DNA of 64,000 bases from positions 9,278 through 73,277 of the forward strand of contig JAKPFN010000079.1 in the NCBI GenBank assembly GCA_029551395.1. The letters are read 5' to 3'. A program made the translations under genes and the position numbers. Source of the stretch: Armatimonadota bacterium (GTDB lineage: Bacteria > Armatimonadota > UBA5829 > DTLH01). A model generated the notes under the pieces. The model did no database searches. It was not told the DNA's origin and was given only the letters and a program-made list of their open reading frames with translations. The number at the start of each line of letters is the position of its first letter. Position 1 is the first letter of the stretch. Below are positions 19,093 to 29,955 of the stretch, in pieces.

Positions 19093-20328
19093 ATGGCCCG
19101 TTCGACCAGGCCTGTGAAACTCACTGTTGAGATGATAAAGGAGGCGCGAAAGCGCCTCCTGAATTCTATATATTACTCCCCATGTCCAAAGTCTCAGACA
19201 CTTTCGGACATTGCAGGTTGTCACGTCTACTGCAAATTAGAAAACCTGCAGATGACCGGTTCTTTCAAAGAGCGCGGAGCATTATCCAGGCTCAAGACTC
19301 TGACTGCTGAAGAAAAAGAACGTGGTGTCATTGCTGCAAGTGCCGGAAACCATGCACAGGGTATAGCTTATCATGCAGCGAGACTTGGCATTGCATGTAC
19401 AATTGTCATGCCTGAGTATACTCCACTCATAAAGGTCGTCAACACAAGAAGATCAGGAGCAAACGTCATTGTTCAAGGCAATAACTACGATGCAGCCTGT
19501 GAATATGCCTTACAGCTTCAAAAAGAGAATGGCTGCGTATTTATTCACCCGTTCAATGATCCTGAAGTTATGGCAGGGCAGGGGACAATCGGCCTTGAGA
19601 TACTGGAGCAAGTTACTGATGTAGATGCTGTTATTGTTCCTGTAGGCGGCGGCGGACTGATTGCAGGAGTTGCAACGGCAATCAAGGAGACTCGTCCAGA
19701 AGTGAAGGTCATAGGCGTGCAAAGTATGTGTGTGCCATCTATGAAAGCCTCACTCGAGGAAAATGAGCTGGTTTGTGTCAGACCTGAGGGAAGAACGATT
19801 GCTGATGGTATTGCTGTACAGGTTCCTGGCGATTTGACATTTCCAATAATCAGGCAATACGTAGACGAGATAGTAACCGCTGATGAAGATGAGATTGCAA
19901 ATGCTATTCTTCTGCTGCTTGAGATAGAAAAGGCAGTGGTAGAAGGCGCTGGTGCTATTCCTCTTGCAGCTTTGTTGAACCGTCAATTAGGGCTTTCGGG
20001 AAAGAAGGTTGTATTGTTGCTTACAGGCGGCAATATCGATGTTAATATGCTTTCTGTAATCATCCATAGAGGCTTAGTTAGAGATGGACGGCTTGTACGG
20101 CTTCGTGTGCTCTTGAGAGACAAACCGGGAACGCTTGCAGAGCTGTCATCTTTGCTTGCAGAAGAGCATGCCAACGTGCTTGAAATTACCCACCACAGAA
20201 CCTTTACTTCTGCTGCACTTGGCGAGGCAGAAGTCGACCTGGACCTTGAAACAGAAGGCGCTGCACATGTGCAAAGGATAATGGCCCGGTTGGAGCAAGC
20301 CGGTTATCCCTCACAACGAGTAGAATAG
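19093..20328 (+). CDS. ilvA: Threonine ammonia-lyase (threonine dehydratase) with a C-terminal ACT domain
   Basis: PLP-lysine motif SFKERGA and a glycine-rich VGGGGLIAG loop. The C-terminal regulatory domain is present. Confidence 0.9.
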   Translation: MARSTRPVKLTVEMIKEARKRLLNSIYYSPCPKSQTLSDIAGCHVYCKLENLQMTGSFKERGALSRLKTLTAEEKERGVIAASAGNHAQGIAYHAARLGIACTIVMPEYTPLIKVVNTRRSGANVIVQGNNYDAACEYALQLQKENGCVFIHPFNDPEVMAGQGTIGLEILEQVTDVDAVIVPVGGGGLIAGVATAIKETRPEVKVIGVQSMCVPSMKASLEENELVCVRPEGRTIADGIAVQVPGDLTFPIIRQYVDEIVTADEDEIANAILLLLEIEKAVVEGAGAIPLAALLNRQLGLSGKKVVLLLTGGNIDVNMLSVIIHRGLVRDGRLVRLRVLLRDKPGTLAELSSLLAEEHANVLEITHHRTFTSAALGEAEVDLDLETEGAAHVQRIMARLEQAGYPSQRVE

Positions 20329-20341
20329 GCTATTTCTATCT

Positions 20342-21049
20342 CTATGTCTGCCCAATATATTTGATGAACCACTCACGGGCAAGCCGTGCGACCTCTTTTA
20401 AGGTATCACCTTCTTCGAATAAATGGCCTGCTCCTGGGACAATTACCAATTGTTTCTCGGAAGTAAGCCTGTCGTAAGCATGCTGGTTCAGTTCAATTAC
20501 TGGATAATCAAGCCCACCGACTATCAGCAGTGTTGGGGCTTTGACAGACGGTAAGTATTCCATGGCAAGGTCGGGTCTTCCGCCTCTTGATACCACCGCA
20601 CCAATCTGCTGAGACAGCTTGGCAGCAGCTTGAAGCGCCGCCGCAGCGCCAGTGCTTGCCCCAAAGTATCCGATATTCAAACTTTCAGTGTCAGGATACT
20701 CAGAAAGCCATTCAGTTGCATCGATAAGCCGGTCAGCCAGCAGGTCAATGTTAAATACTTTTTGCCTGTCTTCAGATTCCCATTCCTCTAGTAGGTCAAT
20801 AAGCAGTGTAGACAACCCTTCCTGCTGAAGCTGTCTGGCAACAAATTGATTTCTAGGGCTGAACCTGCCGCTACCACTACCATGTGCAAAAAGCACGACC
20901 CCATGCGAATCTTCCGGTATTGCAAGAATACCTTCCAACGTTACTTTTGCTGTTTCAACTTTGACTGCTCGCTCAATGCCGGTTCTCATCAGTTTATTCA
21001 ACTCCTTACACGCACCCGAGTTTTGATTCCCTGTAGTGCATTGAGTCAA
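20342..21049 (-). CDS. Dienelactone-hydrolase-family alpha/beta hydrolase
   Basis: VVLFAHGSGSGRFSPRN and GASTGAAAAL (nucleophile elbow). Confidence 0.7.
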   Translation of the reverse strand: MTQCTTGNQNSGACKELNKLMRTGIERAVKVETAKVTLEGILAIPEDSHGVVLFAHGSGSGRFSPRNQFVARQLQQEGLSTLLIDLLEEWESEDRQKVFNIDLLADRLIDATEWLSEYPDTESLNIGYFGASTGAAAALQAAAKLSQQIGAVVSRGGRPDLAMEYLPSVKAPTLLIVGGLDYPVIELNQHAYDRLTSEKQLVIVPGAGHLFEEGDTLKEVARLAREWFIKYIGQT

Positions 21050-21075
21050 ACGATGATTCCGCTGTACTCCCTATG

Positions 21076-21828
21076 TTAACGATTACCTTTTACAAGCTGA
21101 TTAGAAGTCAGGTAATCGTAACTATGCTGAACAGCTTCCCACATGTCTCCTGAATACTCATCCAGTTCAACGATTAGCCATTCTGTAATGTCCGGATTGG
21201 CTGCATTTATTATTGCAGGAATATCAAGTATGCCATTTCCTACAGCAGTGTGCGGTTCATTTTCTTTAAGGGTTCCATCCTTGATATGGAGCAAAGGCAA
21301 TCGCGCGCTGTATTGTTTGATTACTTTTACTGGATCCGATCCGGCAAATGCAGCCCAATAGACATCCAGTTGACCAAAGATAGCAGGAGCCTCTTCCATA
21401 ATTAAATCATAAATCAGTTTTCCATCTATAGTTTTGAACTCCCACCAGTGGTTGTGAAGGCCAAAGGACATATTGTATGGCTGCAGAAGCTCTGATGCCT
21501 GCCTGAATATATCGATTGCTTGTCTGCAATCATCCAGCGTGGTAAATCTGTCCGGGCCAAGGCCGCTGATTAATCTTTTATTTCCTAGAATCTGCTCAGT
21601 TTCCACCAATTGCTGGATGTTTTCAGGAGTTGGCATGGCGGTATGACTGCTGCAGACTTTCAAGTTCAGCTCATCGATGACAGCAGCTACCTTCTCAGGA
21701 TCATGACCGTGTAATCCTGCGAATTCGACACCTGAATAGCCAATATCTGCTACTCGGCGCAGAGTACCTATTAAGTCCTGCTGTGCGTATTCTCTGACAG
21801 TGTATAATTGGAGTGCTATAGGTTTCAA
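21076..21828 (-). CDS. Sugar phosphate isomerase/epimerase (xylose-isomerase-like TIM barrel)
   Basis: GYSGVEF, HNHWWEF, LHIKDG motifs. Confidence 0.7.
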   Translation of the reverse strand: MKPIALQLYTVREYAQQDLIGTLRRVADIGYSGVEFAGLHGHDPEKVAAVIDELNLKVCSSHTAMPTPENIQQLVETEQILGNKRLISGLGPDRFTTLDDCRQAIDIFRQASELLQPYNMSFGLHNHWWEFKTIDGKLIYDLIMEEAPAIFGQLDVYWAAFAGSDPVKVIKQYSARLPLLHIKDGTLKENEPHTAVGNGILDIPAIINAANPDITEWLIVELDEYSGDMWEAVQHSYDYLTSNQLVKGNR

Positions 21829-22034
21829 ATAAATACCCCCTCAGATTATTACCAAGGATGATTAGTCCATTATCATCCAAAAGTCCTTCCTTAAGATAAT
21901 TATATCCATCTACATTTGTATGAATGGTTCAAATTACCCCATAAATATTTAACGAAGCCTTTAGAGGAGATTTGGTATATGAAGGCCAACATGACCTTGG
22001 AGACATATTTTAATAGAGAGGTTGTAATATCTAA

Positions 22035-23354
22035 ATGGCCAAGATCGCTTTTATTGGAGCTGGTAGTTTCGGTTTTACCAGAGCTTTGGTCCGAGACATT
22101 CTCACTTTTCCAGCGTTTGCTGACTGTACGCTTGCGCTTATGGACATTAACGAAGAGCGTTTATCATTCAGCAAGGCTGCTGTAGACAGGATTGTGGAAG
22201 CAGGCAATTATCCTGCAAAAGTAGTTACCACAATGGATAGAACTGAAGCGCTTAAAGACGCTGATGGAGTGCTTTGCACAATCCTGCAGGGAGGAGTGAA
22301 TGTATTCCGGCATGACATCGATATCCCTAAAAAATATGGAGTAGATATCAATATTGGCGATACCAGAGGACCTTCAGGCATATTTAGAGCGCTGCGAACG
22401 ATCCCGGTTATGTTGGATATCTGTAAGGACATCGAACGTTACTGCCCAAATGCCATCTTCCTAAATTATACAAATCCGATGGCTATGTTGTGCAGAGCTA
22501 TGCAGGGGCAAAGTAATGTAACAGTAACCGGCCTTTGTCATAGTGTGCAACACACAGCGATGATGCTTGCTGACTGGATTGGAGCGCCGCGTAATGAGAT
22601 TAGTTACCGCTGTGCAGGCATTAATCATCAGGCATGGTATCTGGATTTCAAATGGAACGGTAAAGATGCATATCCTCTGCTGAGAGAAGCTGTAAAGAAG
22701 CCTGAAATATATAATGAAGAGATCGTCCGCAACGAAATGTTCATACATCTTGGGTACTATGTGACCGAGTCCAGTGGACATAACTCGGAATACAACGCCT
22801 GGTTCAGAAAACGGCCTGACCTTATTGAAAAATACTGCACACATGGCACAGGTTGGAACCCTGGAGTCCATGCCTTTATTCGTGATGAGTATCTGGAAGC
22901 TGAAGCAACCTGGAGAGATACTATTAAAGAAACGCTGAAGAAGCCGGTGAAGTTGGAACGCGGTCATGAGTATGCAGCAAGCATATTTAACGCAACAATT
23001 GGCGACGGAACACTGTTTGAGTTCAATGGTAACGTCCGCAACTTCGGGCTGATCGATAATCTACCAGAAGGATGCTGTGTAGAGGTTCCAGTACTGGCAT
23101 CAAAACGTGGGCTTGATGCGATGCATGTTGGCCCATTGCCTCCACAGCTTGCTTTATTGAATAGTATCAGCGCACAGTGTGAAGAGCTTGCTGTAGAAGG
23201 CGCAATTACGGGTGACCCGACAAAGATATTCCATGCAATTGCTTACGATCCACTGACATCCGCGGTCTTGAGTCTGGCAGAGATTAAGCAGATGGTAAGA
23301 GAAATGTTTGAACAGAACAGAGATTGGCTGCCACAGTTCAAGCATTTTGATTAA
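22035..23354 (+). CDS. Family 4 glycoside hydrolase (NAD/Mn-dependent alpha-glucosidase/alpha-galactosidase)
   Basis: N-terminal Rossmann motif [14 protein letters not shown] and the GH4 pattern ...CHSVQ... Confidence 0.85.
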   Translation: MAKIAFIGAGSFGFTRALVRDILTFPAFADCTLALMDINEERLSFSKAAVDRIVEAGNYPAKVVTTMDRTEALKDADGVLCTILQGGVNVFRHDIDIPKKYGVDINIGDTRGPSGIFRALRTIPVMLDICKDIERYCPNAIFLNYTNPMAMLCRAMQGQSNVTVTGLCHSVQHTAMMLADWIGAPRNEISYRCAGINHQAWYLDFKWNGKDAYPLLREAVKKPEIYNEEIVRNEMFIHLGYYVTESSGHNSEYNAWFRKRPDLIEKYCTHGTGWNPGVHAFIRDEYLEAEATWRDTIKETLKKPVKLERGHEYAASIFNATIGDGTLFEFNGNVRNFGLIDNLPEGCCVEVPVLASKRGLDAMHVGPLPPQLALLNSISAQCEELAVEGAITGDPTKIFHAIAYDPLTSAVLSLAEIKQMVREMFEQNRDWLPQFKHFD

Positions 23355-23375
23355 TGGGAGGAAACAATCAATAGT

Positions 23376-23410
23376 TGTGATATACCAGATACCATATCTG
23401 GTATATCACA
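23376..23410. promoter_or_regulatory. Perfect 16-bp inverted repeat (TGTGATATACCAGATA-cca-TATCTGGTATATCACA) between the GH4 and GH38 genes
   Basis: Read directly from the sequence. There is no U-tract after it, so it is more likely an operator or RNA hairpin than a terminator. Confidence 0.6.
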
Positions 23411-23426
23411 CGAGGTAGGGAGTAAA

Positions 23427-26333
23427 ATGCAGTTTGAGAAAGAGTTAGACAGTGCTATTCAAGATATCGCAAAATCGGAGTATGCAAACGCATCTTCTAT
23501 TAACCGGATCAAAGCAGAAATCGATTTCTCTGTCGGGTTGATAAGCCTTTATCCTGATAAGGCAGATGAATGGAAACCACTTATACTGAAAGCAGCTCAG
23601 TTGGTTCGAGATAAAACCACAAAAAGCGACTCTATTGATCTTGCATCTGTAGTTGCAGAGGCTGAATCAATCTTAATGCCTATCGGTAAGGTAGCAAAAG
23701 AGTTTACAATTCATTGTTGTGGACATGCACATATTGACATGAACTGGTGTTGGCCATGGCCGGAGACAGTCAGCGTAACCCATGACACATTCGCTACTGT
23801 TGATAAGCTAATGAATGAGTTTCCAGATTTTATCTTCTCTCAGAGTCAGGCGTCAGTATACTTTGCGATGGAGGAATACTGTCCTGAAATCCTCGAGATA
23901 ATAAAAAAGCGGATCAAAGAAGGACGGTGGGAGTCTACTGCCAGCATGTGGGTTGAAGGAGATAAGAATCTGGCTTCTGGAGAGATTCTCTGCCGTCATA
24001 TGCTATACACTAGGCAGTATATGAAAGAGAAGTTCGGAATCCCAACAGATGCAGTGAAAATTGACTGGGAATGCGATACCTTCGGACATGCACATACAAT
24101 CCCTTCCATCCTCGTAAGAGGCGGTGTCACTCGCTATTATCACTGCAGGACAGGCCCTAACAAGTGGCTGGTATGGTGGGAAGCCCCTGACAAGTCCAGA
24201 GTACTCTTGTTCTTAGATAAAGCATGGTATTTGGGCCCAGTAAACACTGACATAATCAACTATTTAATCGATTACGTCAAGGAAACAGGACTTAAGGACT
24301 TCTTGTGGGTTTATGGGGTAGGCGACCACGGCGGCGGCCCAACTCGTAAGGATTTAGTGCGAACGCAGGAGATGAATTCCTGGCCTATCTGGCCGAATTT
24401 ACGTTTCTCTACCACTGATAAATATTTCACAGCCGTAGAAAAGTCGAACCCTGATTTGCCTGTGCATAATGGTGAGCTTAATTTCGTTTTTGATGGTTGT
24501 TATACATCAGAGAGTAACATTAAACTGGCTAATCGGGTGTGTGAAAGCATTCTTCCTGAGGCTGAGGTGGCTTCGCTTGTGGCTGGAGCTGTGTCCAGGT
24601 TTACTTATCCTGCCGATGAGATAAGAAAAGGCTGGAGACATGCCATGTTCAACCAGTTCCACGATATTTTGCCTGGAAGCGGTATTCATGCCACATATGA
24701 ATACTCTCAGGGGTTATTCCAGGAAGTGCAGGCTATCACTGGAATAATTCGGACGCGGGCACTCAGACAAATTGCATCAAAGATTGATACCAGCGCTGCT
24801 TTAGGTGTTGACCCTCCGGTAGGAAAAGGCGCAGATGTTATAAGCAATGGAATCGGTGCAGGCGCAGGCGATTTGACTCTTAAGACCGGCGTTTCTGCTT
24901 ATAGCGTGGGTTCAGTAGGTGTTGAACCGATTGTCATTTTTAACGGCTTACCATTCTCGAGAACATCTATGGTAGAAACAAAGATTTGGGATAGAGACAT
25001 TCCCGATAACAGGATTATTGTTCGCGACGAGACAGGTAACACAGTTGCAGCTCAGGTTTTAGCCAGAGGCAATTATGGCGGTCATAAATACACTCGATTG
25101 GTATTCCCGGCTCTGGATGTTCCTGCGATAGGTTACAAGGTCTTTGGTATAGATCGTTCTCCTGTTAATGCAATCTCAGCTATACCTGAGTCTTTCGGAG
25201 GCGCACCTGGCGGCGGTACTCTTATGAGGGAAACTGTTCCTATCGAGCATCCGGATGAAGTAGAGATGCCGTTACCAGGAGTATTGGAGAATAGATTCAT
25301 CCGAGTAGAAGTAGACCCTGCATCAGGTGCCATCAAACATCTTATAGATAAAAAATCAGGTTACGATTACGTGCCTACTGGCAACTTGCTGGGTGTCCTT
25401 GAGCTTTATCGTGAAGCTCATAATGATATGTCAGCGTGGACAATCGGCCAGATTATGAATGTTGATGTGCTATCTTCCGGCGGCACGTTATCGGAGATAT
25501 ATCATGGGCCTCATCGTGCAACAGTAAAGACGACTCGAAAAGTTAATAATTCCAATATCGCAGTAGAGATATCACTGGATGCAGGCAGTAATGCTGTTCA
25601 ATTCAAAGTAATTATGGATTGGCGCGAATGGGGAACCAAAGAAACCGGTGTTCCAATGTTGAAAGTAGCATTTCCGACTGCACTGACAGATACATCTGCC
25701 AAATATGAGATTCCTTTCGGGAGCATCGAGCGTCCTGTAAACGGTCAGGAGGTTCCAGCGCTCAGATGGGCTGATATATCCGGCAGCAAGATTGGTTCTG
25801 AAGGCCAGGCCGGATTGATACTTGTTAATGATTGTAAATATGGGCACAGTGCAGATGACAATACACTTAGATTGACATTGGTCAGGTCCAGTTACAGTCC
25901 AGACCCACTGCCTGAGATGGGAAAACAAGAAATACGGTTTGCTGTAATACCGCATGAAGGACCATGTCCGGTATCCGATGCAACCAGGTATGCTGCAATG
26001 TTCAATCAACCGATGAGCGTTGTCAGCACGGATGTCCATAAAGGCAGCGAACCTTCCAGCCAAAGCTTTGCTGAAGTGCTCACGCCAAATATCATGTTAG
26101 CCGGAATCAAGAAAGCTGAGGATTCTGACGCGGTTATAATACGGCTATATGAGATGGAAGGGAAAGATACAGAAGCAAGAGTCAGGTTGAATCGTATCGT
26201 AAAGCCTGGATCGACTGCAGTAGAAGTGAATCTGATGGAAGAACCACTTGCTAACTCACAGGCACGAATGGAGAATGATACATTAGTGGTGAATATACCT
26301 GCACGTGGTATCTCTACAGTAGCAATTAGCTGA
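23427..26333 (+). CDS. GH38 alpha-mannosidase
   Basis: HCCGHAHIDMNWCWPW, WVYGVGDHGGGP, and a length of about 970 aa. Confidence 0.85.
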   Translation: MQFEKELDSAIQDIAKSEYANASSINRIKAEIDFSVGLISLYPDKADEWKPLILKAAQLVRDKTTKSDSIDLASVVAEAESILMPIGKVAKEFTIHCCGHAHIDMNWCWPWPETVSVTHDTFATVDKLMNEFPDFIFSQSQASVYFAMEEYCPEILEIIKKRIKEGRWESTASMWVEGDKNLASGEILCRHMLYTRQYMKEKFGIPTDAVKIDWECDTFGHAHTIPSILVRGGVTRYYHCRTGPNKWLVWWEAPDKSRVLLFLDKAWYLGPVNTDIINYLIDYVKETGLKDFLWVYGVGDHGGGPTRKDLVRTQEMNSWPIWPNLRFSTTDKYFTAVEKSNPDLPVHNGELNFVFDGCYTSESNIKLANRVCESILPEAEVASLVAGAVSRFTYPADEIRKGWRHAMFNQFHDILPGSGIHATYEYSQGLFQEVQAITGIIRTRALRQIASKIDTSAALGVDPPVGKGADVISNGIGAGAGDLTLKTGVSAYSVGSVGVEPIVIFNGLPFSRTSMVETKIWDRDIPDNRIIVRDETGNTVAAQVLARGNYGGHKYTRLVFPALDVPAIGYKVFGIDRSPVNAISAIPESFGGAPGGGTLMRETVPIEHPDEVEMPLPGVLENRFIRVEVDPASGAIKHLIDKKSGYDYVPTGNLLGVLELYREAHNDMSAWTIGQIMNVDVLSSGGTLSEIYHGPHRATVKTTRKVNNSNIAVEISLDAGSNAVQFKVIMDWREWGTKETGVPMLKVAFPTALTDTSAKYEIPFGSIERPVNGQEVPALRWADISGSKIGSEGQAGLILVNDCKYGHSADDNTLRLTLVRSSYSPDPLPEMGKQEIRFAVIPHEGPCPVSDATRYAAMFNQPMSVVSTDVHKGSEPSSQSFAEVLTPNIMLAGIKKAEDSDAVIIRLYEMEGKDTEARVRLNRIVKPGSTAVEVNLMEEPLANSQARMENDTLVVNIPARGISTVAIS

Positions 26334-26387
26334 AACTTCAGCTAGTATATATGCCCATTGCAATGCAGGCAGTTCTTAACACTGGAA

Positions 26388-26873
26388 TCAAGGCCTTGAA
26401 CTGCTTTTCTCTGAAGGTTTGAGAATTGCCTGCAGCATGTGCATAGCCTGAACGATTTTTTCTCTGTCTTCTTCTGAAAGAGTTGAAAGCATTTCAGAGA
26501 AGTGCTTCCTTGTATCCTCTCGTATGGTCTCAAACGCTTTGATTCCTGCTGTTGTCAGTTCTAATGTTATCCGGCGGCGGTCATTGGAAGATATTTCACG
26601 AGCTACGAGGTTCCTCTTTACCAGGCAGTCTATTGTCTTAGACATGGATGGCAGACTAAGCTCCAGATGTTCAGCTACCGCAGAGAGAGACGCCCCTTTA
26701 TGGTAGTTGAGGTAAGCTAACACCCTAAACTGAGGCACTGTCAGATCTGATGTGCATTTATTGCATATATGCCGTCGGATAGTCCGCATACCAAGCAGGA
26801 TTGTCTCAATTACTAGAGATGCATCGTCCATATTTTCAGCACACCGATTAATTTGTTTATTTAATAGTTCCAT
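26388..26873 (-). CDS. MarR-family transcriptional regulator
   Basis: Winged-HTH pattern (LTVPQFRVLAYL...LVKRNLVAR). Divergent from the MATE pump. Confidence 0.8.
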   Translation of the reverse strand: MELLNKQINRCAENMDDASLVIETILLGMRTIRRHICNKCTSDLTVPQFRVLAYLNYHKGASLSAVAEHLELSLPSMSKTIDCLVKRNLVAREISSNDRRRITLELTTAGIKAFETIREDTRKHFSEMLSTLSEEDREKIVQAMHMLQAILKPSEKSSSRP

Positions 26874-27000
26874 GTACTAACTATAAATGCTATACTAAAT
26901 CTTGTCAACGAAATGCATGACGCCTGATCTTGCCCGTGCAGTGGGATTATTAAATAGATAACAGGTTAAAGTATTCAGGTCAGAACAAACTAGAGGCAAT

Positions 27001-28452
27001 ATGAATCAGAAACAGGTGGAAGAGACATCAAAACAGAGTAAACCAAGTTTTGGACGTGATTTAACAACGGGCAGCATTCCGAGGCACCTGGTAGCTTTTT
27101 CACTCCCAATGTTGGCTGGGAGTGCTTTACAGACGGCATACAGTTTTGTCAATGCTATTTGGGTAGGCAAGTTTTTAGGTACTGATGCACTTGCAGCGGT
27201 TACTGTAAGCTTTCCGGTTGTCTTCGTGCTTATTGCGCTTGGTGCAGGGCTGACTGTTGCAACTAACATATTGATTTCCCAGTATTACGGCGCTGGGAAC
27301 TTAGGGCAGCTTAGGAAAGTCATTGACAGCTCTACTATTCTGATAGTTGTGCTCAGTCTCGCCCTGCTTATTGTTGGAGAACTGTTTACTCCGCATATAT
27401 TGAAGGCTATGGATACACCTCCGAACGTGCTCCCAATGGCAATCCAATATATGCGTATCTTTCTGCTTTCTCTTCCATTTGGGTTTGGGCTGTTTCTAGT
27501 TCGAAATATGCTGCAGGGGATTGGTGATTCGAAAACACCACTCTACTTTCAATCGGCAGGTTTATTGCTGACTATTGCGCTCGATCCAGTCCTGATGTTC
27601 GGGCTTATTGGTTTTCCAAAGCTGGGTCTAAACGGAACAGCATGGGCAACTGGAATTACGCACGCGCTGGCATTCTTTGCATTAGTTATCTATCTTCATA
27701 AGAAAAACAATCCGGTTGCCCCTTATTGGCGCAGTGCGCGTATGGATTGGCCAACCGCATTTACAACCATCAGAATCGGCGTTCCGTCTGCAGTGCAGCA
27801 GTCTTTGATTTCTGTGGGAATGGTTTTTGTGATTGGTATAGTCAACAGCTTTGGTGAGACTGCGACGGCTGCATTTGGTGCAGTAGGACGAGTAGACCAG
27901 TTAGCATTTCTACCAGCGATGTCATTCAGCCTTGCAATATCAACACTATCTGGTCAGAACATAGGCGCGAACAAGCTCGACCGCATTCGAGAGATATTCA
28001 AGTGGGGCTGTCTCTTGAGTGGCGGAGTGACACTTCTCGGTACAGCCATTGTTGTTGGTATGCCGAATCTCCTACTGAGGATATTTGTCAATGACCCAGT
28101 AGTAATTAATATTGGTGTAAGCTACCTGCACATAGCAGGCCCACTATATATATGCTTTGCCATTATGTTCGTGACAAACGGCATTATAAATGGAGCAGGG
28201 CATACGATAGTAACTACTGTAATCTCACTTATCAGCCTGTGGATTGTGCGTGTTCCACTGGCATATTGGCTATCTGGTAAATTGGACAGCGTGGTCGGTG
28301 TCTGGTATGCGATGGCACTCAGCTTCTTTGTTTCCATGATATGCAGTTATGCTTATTACAGGTCTGGTCGATGGAAGAAGCCTGTCACAAGAGTCAAACC
28401 AGTTCCTGCCACACCAGAAGCAGCGTTTGGTGATGAGGTTGGCGAGATATAA
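27001..28452 (+). CDS. MATE-family efflux transporter
   Basis: 12 TM helices. Matches the NorM-like pattern (AGSALQTAYSFVNAIWVGKFLG). Confidence 0.85.
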   Translation: MNQKQVEETSKQSKPSFGRDLTTGSIPRHLVAFSLPMLAGSALQTAYSFVNAIWVGKFLGTDALAAVTVSFPVVFVLIALGAGLTVATNILISQYYGAGNLGQLRKVIDSSTILIVVLSLALLIVGELFTPHILKAMDTPPNVLPMAIQYMRIFLLSLPFGFGLFLVRNMLQGIGDSKTPLYFQSAGLLLTIALDPVLMFGLIGFPKLGLNGTAWATGITHALAFFALVIYLHKKNNPVAPYWRSARMDWPTAFTTIRIGVPSAVQQSLISVGMVFVIGIVNSFGETATAAFGAVGRVDQLAFLPAMSFSLAISTLSGQNIGANKLDRIREIFKWGCLLSGGVTLLGTAIVVGMPNLLLRIFVNDPVVINIGVSYLHIAGPLYICFAIMFVTNGIINGAGHTIVTTVISLISLWIVRVPLAYWLSGKLDSVVGVWYAMALSFFVSMICSYAYYRSGRWKKPVTRVKPVPATPEAAFGDEVGEI

Positions 28453-28463
28453 CTGATATAAGC

Positions 28464-29951
28464 TTATTCTGGCAGTTCCGTCGAGCCCATCAGATATATG
28501 TCGCATTCTCGAGCAGCGGCACGGCCTTCTCTGATAGCCCATACAACCAGGCTCTGGCCTCGTCTCATATCCCCAGCAGTGAAAATGCCGGGGATATTTG
28601 TCATATAGCTGCCAGCAGTCGTTTTGACATTAGAACGAGCATCTCTTTCGATGCCTGACTGCTCAATGAGTACATCTTCTGGGCCGAGAAATCCCATAGC
28701 AAGCAGCACCAAGTCTGCAGGATACTCTTTTTCCGTTCCAGGCATATTTACAGGCACAGGTCTTCCATTCATTTGTTCCCATTTGACCTGTATTGTTTGG
28801 ACTCCCATTACATGCCCATTGGAGTTTCCTATAAATCCTGTAGTTGAGACACAATAAATCCTTGGGTCTTGTCCAAACAGGCTGATAGCTTCTTCCTGGC
28901 CGTAGTCGACCTTCAATGTCTTAGGCCATTCAGGCCATGGATTGTCAGGGGTTCGCTCCAACGGTGGTTCAGGCAGTATCTCAAGCTGGATTACACTCTT
29001 GCATTTTTGCCTGATTGACGTGGCAATGCAGTCTGTGCCGGTATCACCACCGCCTATGACGACCACATGCTTATCTGTAGCTGATAGGTCTTGCTCCAGT
29101 TGATAATCAGCGACAAGAATGTTTCTGGTGTTTGATTCCAAGAACTCCAAAGCAAAATGGATACCGGTTAAGTGCCTTCCACTGACGTCGATATCTCTCG
29201 GTTTTCTTGCTCCGCAGCAAAGGACAACAGCATCGAACTCAGAATGCAGTTTTGAAATTGGGTAATCTTTGCCTACTTCAACACCTGTGATGAACTCGAT
29301 GCCTTCAGCGGCAAGGATGTGCATTCGGCGCTGGACTACATACATCTTATCGAGCTTCATATTCGGGATTCCGTACATAAGCAATCCGCCGAGTCGGTCA
29401 TCACGCTCGAAAACCGTCACACTATGTCCGGCTTTGTTGAGCTGGTCAGCGCATGCTAGTCCTGCTGGGCCAGATCCAACTACTGCAACACGCTTTCCTG
29501 TGCTTACCGAAGGTGGCTCTGGCTTTATCCAACCCTGATCGAAGGCATACTCGATTAGAGAATACTCTATGCTTTTTATGGCTACAGCAGGCTTTATTGA
29601 TCCAAGTGTGCACGAACCTTCGCACGTTGCAGGACATACTCGGCCGGTAAATTCCGGGAAATTGTTCGTCTTCAGCAGTCTTTTGACTGCTTCCTGCCAT
29701 AATCCTCTGTAAACTAGATCGTTCCACTCAGGGATAAGGTTATTCAGCGGGCATCCAGAGGCCATTCCGTTTAATATTATGCCTGAATGACAGAATGGAG
29801 TGCCGCAATCCATGCATCTGGCTCCTTGTGTCCTCAAATCTTCCAGATTGTGGGTCACATGGAACTCATTCCAATCTTGAATGCGTTCTTTTGGATTGCG
29901 ATCTTGCGGCAGCGCCCGATTATGAATTAAAAACCCTCTTGGATTGCCCAT
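28464..29951 (-). CDS. gltD: Glutamate synthase small (beta) subunit, NADPH-dependent
   Basis: [41 protein letters not shown]. Confidence 0.9.
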   Translation of the reverse strand: MGNPRGFLIHNRALPQDRNPKERIQDWNEFHVTHNLEDLRTQGARCMDCGTPFCHSGIILNGMASGCPLNNLIPEWNDLVYRGLWQEAVKRLLKTNNFPEFTGRVCPATCEGSCTLGSIKPAVAIKSIEYSLIEYAFDQGWIKPEPPSVSTGKRVAVVGSGPAGLACADQLNKAGHSVTVFERDDRLGGLLMYGIPNMKLDKMYVVQRRMHILAAEGIEFITGVEVGKDYPISKLHSEFDAVVLCCGARKPRDIDVSGRHLTGIHFALEFLESNTRNILVADYQLEQDLSATDKHVVVIGGGDTGTDCIATSIRQKCKSVIQLEILPEPPLERTPDNPWPEWPKTLKVDYGQEEAISLFGQDPRIYCVSTTGFIGNSNGHVMGVQTIQVKWEQMNGRPVPVNMPGTEKEYPADLVLLAMGFLGPEDVLIEQSGIERDARSNVKTTAGSYMTNIPGIFTAGDMRRGQSLVVWAIREGRAAARECDIYLMGSTELPE

Positions 29952-29955
29952 TTAT

